NCBI GenBank assembly: GCA_965231035.1
Contig: OZ246409.1
Span: 361,101 to 393,100, forward strand
Origin: an uncultured Muribaculaceae bacterium
GTDB lineage: Bacteria; Pseudomonadota; Alphaproteobacteria; Rs-D84
Length of the DNA stretch: 32,000 bases
Reading direction: 5' to 3'
Shown: positions 26,220 to 32,000 of the stretch, piece by piece
Numbering within the stretch: the first letter of the stretch is position 1
Layout: every line of letters starts with the position of its first letter
Notes under the pieces: model-generated
What the model was told of the DNA's origin: nothing
Databases searched by the model: none
The model's input: the letters and a program-made list of their open reading frames with translations, nothing else
Made by a program: the position numbers and the translations under genes

Positions 26220-27689
26220 ATGAAAAATTTAACTGACCTGACAATTACCGAAGCTTTACATAAATTAAAATCGCGTGAAATTACTGCGACCGAACTGACA
26301 CGTGCCTATTTGGACCGAATTGAAAAATTTGGCGACAAATTAAACTGTTATATTACTTTGACACCTGAACGTGCCTTGGCTGATGCGGCTGAATCTGATA
26401 AACGTTATGATGCTGGTAATCCACTGCCACTGGATGGAATTCCAATTGGAATGAAGGATTTATTTGCCACACGTGGTATTCGTACAACAGCTGCCTCAAA
26501 AATATTGGAAAATTTTGTTCCAGAATATGAATCGACTGTTTCACAAAAATTTATTGATGCCGGTACTGTGTTATTAGGAAAAACAAATCTGGATGAATTT
26601 GCAATGGGTACTTTCAGCAAGACCAGTTTTTTCGGGGCCCCAGTCAGTCCATATCAAATTGAAAATAAATTAACCGCCGGTGGATCATCCGGTGGTACAA
26701 CCAGCGCAGTTGCCGCAGGACTTGCAATTGGTGGAACCGGAACAGATACCGGTGGATCAATTCGTTTTCCTGCTGCAATCACTGGATTAGTCGGAATGAA
26801 ACCGACATATGGACTATGTTCACGTTGGGGCTGTGTCGCATTTGCAAGCAGTCTGGACACACCGGGTCCAATCGCAAGAACTGTTGATGACACAGCATTA
26901 TTATTGTCAGCAATGGCTGGATATGATGAAAAAGATTCAACATCGGCAAATGCTGGATTTTATGTAAAAGATGAATTACCGAAAGGCGGATTAAATAAGT
27001 TAAAAATCGGCGTAATCAAAGAATTTGATTCTGTTGAAATATCCGCTGACATGAAAAAATTATTTGATGAACGAATTGAAGATTTGAAAAAATCAGGTGC
27101 AGAAATTGTATCGGTTTCAATTCCAAACATTTTGGACGCTTTGGCGGCTTATTACATTATTGCCCCGGCCGAGGCATCATCTAACCTGGCACGATATGAC
27201 GGTATGCGTTATGGATTGCGGGTTCCCGGCAAAGATTTAATAGATACCTATAAGAAAACCCGTGCGGCTGGATTTGGCGAAGAAGTCCAACGCCGCATGA
27301 TTGTTGGTACCGCCGTGCTGTCATCCGAAAGTTACGAGGTTTACTTTATGCAGGCGGCTCGTGTTCGCAGACTGATTGCGGACGCATTCAATCGTGCATT
27401 TGAACAATGTGACTTGATTGTATGTCCTTCTAGTGCCGGAACTGCCCTGCCTTTGGATTCAGATTTAACACCATTGGAATATTATGCTTTGGATTTGTTC
27501 ACAGTTGCAATGAATCTGGCTGGAATTCCAGCATGCAGTGTTCCATGCGGATTGGCGAAAAATGGTCTGCCATTGGGAATGCAGGTCGTAGGAAACAAAT
27601 TTGACGATATGCGCGTATTGCAATTGGCAAAACATATTGAAGAATTTGCAAGTCTAGATAACAGACCAAGCAAGGTTATGGGAAAATAA
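26220..27689 (+). CDS. gatA: Asp/Glu-tRNA amidotransferase subunit A
   Basis: Amidase signature (GGSSGGTTSAVAAG, GTDTGGSIRFPAA) and GatA-type N-terminus MKNLTDLTITEALHKLKSREITATEL. I start at ATG 26220, 1 nt after the gatC stop. ATG 26211 and the track start 26154 are alternatives that overlap gatC. Confidence 0.9.
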   Translation: MKNLTDLTITEALHKLKSREITATELTRAYLDRIEKFGDKLNCYITLTPERALADAAESDKRYDAGNPLPLDGIPIGMKDLFATRGIRTTAASKILENFVPEYESTVSQKFIDAGTVLLGKTNLDEFAMGTFSKTSFFGAPVSPYQIENKLTAGGSSGGTTSAVAAGLAIGGTGTDTGGSIRFPAAITGLVGMKPTYGLCSRWGCVAFASSLDTPGPIARTVDDTALLLSAMAGYDEKDSTSANAGFYVKDELPKGGLNKLKIGVIKEFDSVEISADMKKLFDERIEDLKKSGAEIVSVSIPNILDALAAYYIIAPAEASSNLARYDGMRYGLRVPGKDLIDTYKKTRAAGFGEEVQRRMIVGTAVLSSESYEVYFMQAARVRRLIADAFNRAFEQCDLIVCPSSAGTALPLDSDLTPLEYYALDLFTVAMNLAGIPACSVPCGLAKNGLPLGMQVVGNKFDDMRVLQLAKHIEEFASLDNRPSKVMGK

Positions 27690-27712
27690 AAAAACCGCCA
27701 AGGATGGCGATT
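27688..27712 (-). terminator. Terminator for tRNA-Phe (weak in the gatA direction)
   Basis: Stem cgcca (27696-27700) pairs with tggcg (27705-27709). On the minus strand it is followed by g + 7 T. On the plus strand only attt follows, so gatA transcripts may read through. Confidence 0.55.
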
Positions 27713-27719
27713 TAAGGTC

Positions 27720-27795
27720 TGGTGGCTGGGAACGGAATCGAACCGCTGACACAGGGATTTTCAGTCCCTTGCTCTACCAACTGAGCTACCCAGCC
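27720..27795 (-). tRNA. tRNA-Phe (anticodon GAA), CCA encoded
   Basis: The minus strand reads GGCTGGGTAGCTCAGTTGGTAGAGCAAGGGACTGAAAATCCCTGTGTCAGCGGTTCGATTCCGTTCCCAGCCACCA. It has a 7-bp acceptor stem (GGCTGGG/CCCAGCC), a D arm (GCTC/GAGC), an anticodon arm (AGGGA CTGAAAA TCCCT), a T arm with the TTCGATT loop and a 76-nt cloverleaf. Confidence 0.9.
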
Positions 27796-27813
27796 GAAAA
27801 CAGAACGGATTTG

Positions 27814-27842
27814 ATAATAAAGCACAGGATTATAAAAATCAA
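27814..27842 (-). promoter_or_regulatory. Putative sigma70-type promoter for tRNA-Phe
   Basis: The minus strand reads TTGATT (27842-27837), a 17-nt spacer, then TATTAT (27819-27814). The -10 element ends 18 nt upstream of the tRNA 5' end. Confidence 0.5.
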
Positions 27843-27852
27843 GGAAAAATGA

Positions 27853-28365
27853 ATGCCAAGTATGTCAAAAATTATTTATCATGGAAGTGCGACAAAATTA
27901 TCAAAGGGTGACATTATGCACCCATGCAAGTCTTTTGATTCAGATTTAAAGTGCGAGATATCTGCTGTTTTTGCTACACCAGATTTTGATTATGCCAAGA
28001 AATTTGCAATTACCAGTTTGTTAAAAGGACATGGTATGTTGTGGATTAATAATAACAAGATAATTTTTCAAAACCTCAAACATAATATAAATCCTATGTT
28101 TTTTGTATTTGAAATCAACAGTGACGGGTTCCAATTAGACACTCGTGAAGAATATTTTTACGAAGGCGAAAAAGAAATATTAAATGTTCATGAATTCAAT
28201 TTATTAACGGAAGCTGAAAAATCACATCTGGAAATATACGAATTCAATGAATTTGATGTATCCATTGATAAAAACCTGACTATGCCAGAACGTATAAAAA
28301 ACTTTGACAACATGTTAGAAAAGAAACAATATCACAAAGTTGATATAACTAGTTTAATAGGATAA
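27853..28365 (+). CDS. Hypothetical 170-aa protein with ADP-ribosyltransferase-fold-like motif order (tentative)
   Basis: AAGGA SD lies 7 nt before the ATG. The N-terminal strand is KIIYHGS (His10). About 30 residues later comes ISAVFATPDFDYAKKFA, then a hydrophobic strand with an acidic residue, MFFVFEINS (Glu87). There is no signal peptide or TM segment. The region is visibly more AT-rich than gatA. Confidence 0.6.
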   Translation: MPSMSKIIYHGSATKLSKGDIMHPCKSFDSDLKCEISAVFATPDFDYAKKFAITSLLKGHGMLWINNNKIIFQNLKHNINPMFFVFEINSDGFQLDTREEYFYEGEKEILNVHEFNLLTEAEKSHLEIYEFNEFDVSIDKNLTMPERIKNFDNMLEKKQYHKVDITSLIG

Positions 28366-28382
28366 AAAAAAAGAATTATAAA

Positions 28383-29099
28383 ATGTTTGGCAAAAATTTG
28401 TTTAAATTTTACCTAGATGAATTGGGCGAATATAGAACTTTACTTGGCATGCTTGGTGGTCAAGATGCCAGCAATACTGTTAATCGTGCAGACCAATATG
28501 GAATCCCCGCTGACATAGCATCAAAGGTAAAATATGGAAAAGATTGCCCAGAACTTAAATTCTTTTTACATCAAAAATATAAAGAATTCAGTGCAGAATT
28601 AAAACAATCTTTAAAATTTCATAAAAAGTTTTGGAAAAAAAATAGTCCTTTTTATAAAGAAAAAATTGAAAGAATCTTAGGGCACAAAATGCCAACTTAC
28701 TCGATCAGGCTTAACATACAAACAGGCGGTATCAGTAATTGGTCTGGTACAAATATTTCAATTAACGCTTTTGAATATCTTCAAAGATTCAAAACTGGAC
28801 ATATGATTCGGGATATTATTTGGGAAAGTATGCTTTCGCAAACTTTTATTGATATACGTAAAAAGCATTCAAAAAAAGTCATTAACGATTTTAATGTTTG
28901 GGGAATTTCTGAATTGACAGCAACCATTGGAATTTATCAAACAGATATTTCCCCAACAAGCGTTTGGGATATTGGATATAAAGAACTTGTTCTTTATCAG
29001 AATAAAATTCGCGAACTTTATCGAAATCGTAAAAACTTTGAAGATTATTTAGATAAAGTTGTAGAATATTTTAAGAAAAATCCATTAGAAGGAAAATAA
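28383..29099 (+). CDS. Hypothetical 238-aa protein (orphan), coupled to gatB
   Basis: Clean ORF starting 17 nt after the previous stop. Its TAA (29097-29099) is 3 nt before the gatB ATG. The protein is Lys-rich and helical-looking, and I recognise no family or catalytic motif. Confidence 0.6.
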   Translation: MFGKNLFKFYLDELGEYRTLLGMLGGQDASNTVNRADQYGIPADIASKVKYGKDCPELKFFLHQKYKEFSAELKQSLKFHKKFWKKNSPFYKEKIERILGHKMPTYSIRLNIQTGGISNWSGTNISINAFEYLQRFKTGHMIRDIIWESMLSQTFIDIRKKHSKKVINDFNVWGISELTATIGIYQTDISPTSVWDIGYKELVLYQNKIRELYRNRKNFEDYLDKVVEYFKKNPLEGK

Positions 29100-29102
29100 G
29101 TT

Positions 29103-30623
29103 ATGACATACACAATACACGGAAAGACTGGTGAATGGGAACTGGTTATTGGATTAGAAACCCATATAGAGGTTACAAGCCGCAGCAAATTATTCAGCGG
29201 AGCTTCTGCTGACTATAACCCATCGGTTCCTGCCAATACTCAGGTATCTTTTGTGGATGCCGCTATGCCCGGAATGTTGCCGGTTTTAAATGAATTTTGT
29301 GTAGAACAAGCGATTCGTATGGGATTGGGTCTGAATGCCCAGATTTCTAAACGCAGCAAGTTTGCACGTAAACAATATTTTTATCCTGACCTACCCCAAG
29401 GATACCAGATTTCACAACCAGCCGAAGAACCGCCAATTGTCGGCCGCGGTCATATTGAAATTATTGGCGATGATGGTAATCCAAAAAAGATTTTTATAGA
29501 ACGTGCACACTTGGAACAAGATGCTGGAAAATTAAAACATGATGCACATCCAACCAAATCAATGGCTGATTACAATCGTACTGGTGTTGCATTGCTGGAA
29601 ATTGTTACTTTCCTGGATACAAAAAACCCAGAAAATAATTCATATATAACCAGTCCCGATGAAGCAGAAAAATACCTGCGTGAAATTCGTGACATTGCAC
29701 GCGCCTTGGGTGTATCAAATGCAAATATGGAAGAAGGTTCAATGCGCGCGGACGTTAATGTTTCTGTACGTCGCGTTGGTGAAAAAAAGTTTGGTACCCG
29801 CACCGAAACTAAAAATATGGTGTCTTTTAAATTTATTAAAACAGCTATTGAATTTGAGGCACGTCGTCAAATAGAAATCCTGGAATCAGGCGGTACTGTT
29901 TCCCAAGATACTATGCATTATAACCAAGATTCCGGTACAACATCTGTAATGCGCAGCAAAGAAGATGCTTTGGATTATCGTTATTTTCCAGATCCGGATT
30001 TATTGCCATTAATTATTACTGATGAAACAATTGAACGCATACGTGGCACTTTACCCGAATTACCATCTGCACGTCGTGCACGTTACATTGGCGAACTAGG
30101 ATTATCAGAATATGATTCGGCTCGTTTAACCGAAAGCGTAGAAATTTCCAAATGGTTTGAATCTGCCCTGGGGAATAAACCAGAACGTGCCAAGGCAATC
30201 GCAAACTGGATGATTTCAGAACTTTTTGCACACCCGGAAAACTTTGTTTTGGACGAATCGGAACAACGTGATGAATCTATGCGGATAATTACCCCTTCAG
30301 ATTTGGCAGAATTGGTAGATATGATTTCCGACGGCGATATAAACGGAAAAATGGCCAAAGACATATTTATCAAAATGTTGGATGGCGAATCTGGGTCACC
30401 AAAACAAATCGCTGATAAGTTCGGATTAAAACAAATGTCAGATACAAGTGCAATTGTTGCTGCGGTGAATGATGTCATCGCCAAAAATTCATCCCAGGTT
30501 GAACAATATAAAGCTGGAAAAATAGGATTAATTGGATTCTTTGTGGGTGCCGTTATGAAGACAACAAATGGTGCCGCAAATCCCGAAACTGTGAATAAAA
30601 TTCTGAGAGAGAAGTTAGGCTAA
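29103..30623 (+). CDS. gatB: Asp/Glu-tRNA amidotransferase subunit B
   Basis: 506 aa: WELVIGLETHIEV, SKLFSG, YFYPDLPQGYQISQ, HLEQDAGK, NRTGVALLEIV, MRADVNVSV and a C-terminal YqeY-like tail (GLIGFFVGAVMKTTNGAANP). Confidence 0.95.
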   Translation: MTYTIHGKTGEWELVIGLETHIEVTSRSKLFSGASADYNPSVPANTQVSFVDAAMPGMLPVLNEFCVEQAIRMGLGLNAQISKRSKFARKQYFYPDLPQGYQISQPAEEPPIVGRGHIEIIGDDGNPKKIFIERAHLEQDAGKLKHDAHPTKSMADYNRTGVALLEIVTFLDTKNPENNSYITSPDEAEKYLREIRDIARALGVSNANMEEGSMRADVNVSVRRVGEKKFGTRTETKNMVSFKFIKTAIEFEARRQIEILESGGTVSQDTMHYNQDSGTTSVMRSKEDALDYRYFPDPDLLPLIITDETIERIRGTLPELPSARRARYIGELGLSEYDSARLTESVEISKWFESALGNKPERAKAIANWMISELFAHPENFVLDESEQRDESMRIITPSDLAELVDMISDGDINGKMAKDIFIKMLDGESGSPKQIADKFGLKQMSDTSAIVAAVNDVIAKNSSQVEQYKAGKIGLIGFFVGAVMKTTNGAANPETVNKILREKLG

Positions 30624-30636
30624 AAAAGGATAAAAA

Positions 30637-30936
30637 ATGCCAGATATAACCTGTCCTTATACTTTTGATAAAAATCAGCCGGACTTACAAAAGTTTTTCT
30701 CGGCTCAGCTTTGTGAAGATTGTGGTAAAGAACCAAATAAAGGCCAAGATTGCTGGAAGGTTCAAAATGCATTGTTAAATGGTAAAACAAGACATTATAA
30801 AGAGGCAATTAGAAACAACGGTTGGTATAATAACTATTCTGGTGAAAAAGTCTTTATTGAATTAAAAGAAGCAAAAGAAGCCATAAATAGAATCAAAAAA
30901 CTCCTAGAAATTACAGAAAATATACACAAGAAATAA
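30637..30936 (+). CDS. Hypothetical small protein (99 aa) with 4 Cys in the N-terminal 39 residues
   Basis: AAGGAT SD lies upstream. Cys residues are at 6, 26, 29 and 39 (CPY ... CEDC ... DCW), followed by a charged C-terminal helix. No family recognised. Confidence 0.45.
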   Translation: MPDITCPYTFDKNQPDLQKFFSAQLCEDCGKEPNKGQDCWKVQNALLNGKTRHYKEAIRNNGWYNNYSGEKVFIELKEAKEAINRIKKLLEITENIHKK

Positions 30937-30937
30937 T

Positions 30938-31213
30938 ATGAACATTTCTGAAATACAAAATTCTGACGTACAACCTGCACTTTCTAGTGTGACTATTTTT
31001 TTGATACTACTTCTTTCTAGCGGGGCTTTTACAATTAAAAAATCCCAGAAAAAACCTTTATATACCAGATTAAACCCAGATTGGGTGTTTTATGGTTTTG
31101 CTAACATCAATAAATTTTACTTAACAGCGCCAGAGTACAAGCAAAATATGGGAAACTGTTATAAATCGCTTAATAAATTTGTACCAAAATTAAAATTTCG
31201 AGAGAGATGTTAA
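30938..31213 (+). CDS. Hypothetical small single-pass membrane protein (91 aa)
   Basis: The ATG is 1 nt after the previous stop. It has one TM segment (VTIFLILLLSSGAF). No family recognised. Confidence 0.4.
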   Translation: MNISEIQNSDVQPALSSVTIFLILLLSSGAFTIKKSQKKPLYTRLNPDWVFYGFANINKFYLTAPEYKQNMGNCYKSLNKFVPKLKFRERC

Positions 31214-31279
31214 AAAAAATTATTAAAAAATTAACTGTGTAAAATCAGTTCTGATAATTAGTTAAAATATGGATATATA

Positions 31280-32000
31280 ATGATTGATAAAAAAAATGAT
31301 TTACAGGCCGAAGGAGAAAATTTCCTTAAATGGGATTTTTTTAAAAACCCTTCTGTTATTTCTGATTTAATAAACCCTGTTCAAAAAACAGTAAAAAAAT
31401 TAATAAAAAAATCAAAAAAAGATCTTAGGATTATCGACCTTGGTACAGGTACAGGAATTATTATAAAAAATATAAAACAAAAAATAGAATCTCAAGAAAA
31501 TAATAAGTTATATAACTTAATTTTTTATGGGGTTGATTGCTTAGATGAGCTTATTAAAAAAAATCAAGAGGAAGCACCTGATATAAAATGGATATGTTCT
31601 GATAATAAAAATTTACCATTTCGTGACCAATCTTTTGATATTGTAGTTATGCGAAACACTCTTCATTATGAAGAAAACTATGAAAATCAAAAAAAAGTTA
31701 TATGTGAAGCATATAGAATATTAAAATATTCCGGATATATTATAGATTTTCAATCTTGTTTCCCTACCCTTTTGGAGACAAACCTGATTCGGAATATATA
31801 TAGTGTACTGCCAAAAGCTATAAAAATGCAGACAATTTCAGAATTTAAAACATTACATAAAACAATCTTCGGTAATGTGAAATTATTATCAAATCCAAAT
31901 TCTAGAAATTTATTAGTTAGTAAAGATTTATTGACTAAAAGATATATGACAAAATTAGAGCAGTTGGAAATTATACGTAACAAGATTTTAGATATTCCAG
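31280..32000 (+). CDS. Class I SAM-dependent methyltransferase (3' end runs off the window)
   Basis: Absent from the ORF track because it is open at the window edge. From ATG 31280 it reads MIDKKNDLQAEGENFLKWDFF ... LRIIDLGTGTGIIIKNI (motif I) ... FYGVDCLDELI ... PFRDQSFDIVVMRNTLHY ... AYRILKYSGYII, with no stop to base 32000. Confidence 0.7.
   Translation, partial: MIDKKNDLQAEGENFLKWDFFKNPSVISDLINPVQKTVKKLIKKSKKDLRIIDLGTGTGIIIKNIKQKIESQENNKLYNLIFYGVDCLDELIKKNQEEAPDIKWICSDNKNLPFRDQSFDIVVMRNTLHYEENYENQKKVICEAYRILKYSGYIIDFQSCFPTLLETNLIRNIYSVLPKAIKMQTISEFKTLHKTIFGNVKLLSNPNSRNLLVSKDLLTKRYMTKLEQLEIIRNKILDIP

Noticed and set aside
25903-26244. N-terminal 114 codons of the 265-aa minus-strand ORF containing ruvX
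   Set aside because: This part overlaps gatC on the opposite strand and has an implausible Ser/Cys-rich sequence. The YqgF homology begins only after Met115/Met120, so it is treated as a spurious upstream extension.
27720-29102. Classical tRNA-targeted genomic island (integrase-mediated insertion at tRNA-Phe)
   Set aside because: There is no integrase or recombinase gene, and I could find no direct repeat of the tRNA 3' end. The cassette lies on the 5' side of the tRNA rather than downstream of its 3' end. I kept it as an unusual insertion, not as a recognisable mobile element.
1-32000. CRISPR arrays, IS elements, rRNA, riboswitch-sized leaders, long direct or inverted repeats
   Set aside because: Intergenic spacers are nearly all under 150 nt. 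I found no regularly spaced repeats and no transposase- or integrase-like ORFs on either strand. The similar-looking aaaaaaccgcc...ggcggtttttt elements are ordinary terminator hairpins with different stems, not a repeat family.

Overview
This is a dense, AT-rich bacterial chromosomal window. It uses the standard genetic code, most genes have a Shine-Dalgarno sequence, and hairpin plus T-run terminators sit at nearly every convergent gene junction. I call about 34 protein genes and one tRNA. I saw no rRNA, CRISPR array, transposase or integrase. Housekeeping genes: dnaN (partial, missing from the ORF track), cdaA, an asmA-like gene, an rluC/D-like gene, uvrC, pgsA, dnaJ, parE, dnaA, dprA, plsY, rpsT, sufB, sufC, an AI-2E permease, rnd, ruvX, gatC and gatA, then gatB about 1.4 kb further on. 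The S20, DnaJ, small RNase D and 659-aa ParE sequences suggest a reduced-genome proteobacterium, probably alphaproteobacterial or endosymbiont-like. That is a guess I cannot verify here. Several operons that are normally contiguous are broken: dnaK/dnaJ, dnaA/dnaN, sufBC without sufD/S, and gatCA/gatB. Accessory content, most interesting first: (1) gatCA and gatB are separated by an antisense tRNA-Phe(GAA) and a two-gene AT-rich cassette. The first cassette protein (170 aa) has a motif order resembling ADP-ribosyltransferase-fold enzymes, and the second (238 aa, orphan) ends 3 nt before the gatB ATG. (2) An isolated type IVb-pilus outer-membrane pair (TcpQ/PilL-like protein plus PilN-type lipoprotein secretin) lies about 12 kb from a PilS-like prepilin, with no assembly ATPase or platform gene in the window. 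(3) Two signal-peptide, Cys-rich proteins with glycine-zipper segments bracket dnaA-dprA, and one carries a poly-Thr tract encoded by a tandem 9-bp duplication. (4) DnaA appears by hand alignment to lack the arginine-finger and sensor-II arginines, and sits behind a 304-bp AT-rich leader containing a perfect 18-bp palindrome. (5) A c-di-AMP cyclase gene is coupled to an AsmA-like gene. (6) An AT-rich tail after gatB encodes a small Cys protein, a small TM protein and a SAM methyltransferase. All functional calls for orphan genes are motif-level inference and need profile or structure searches.
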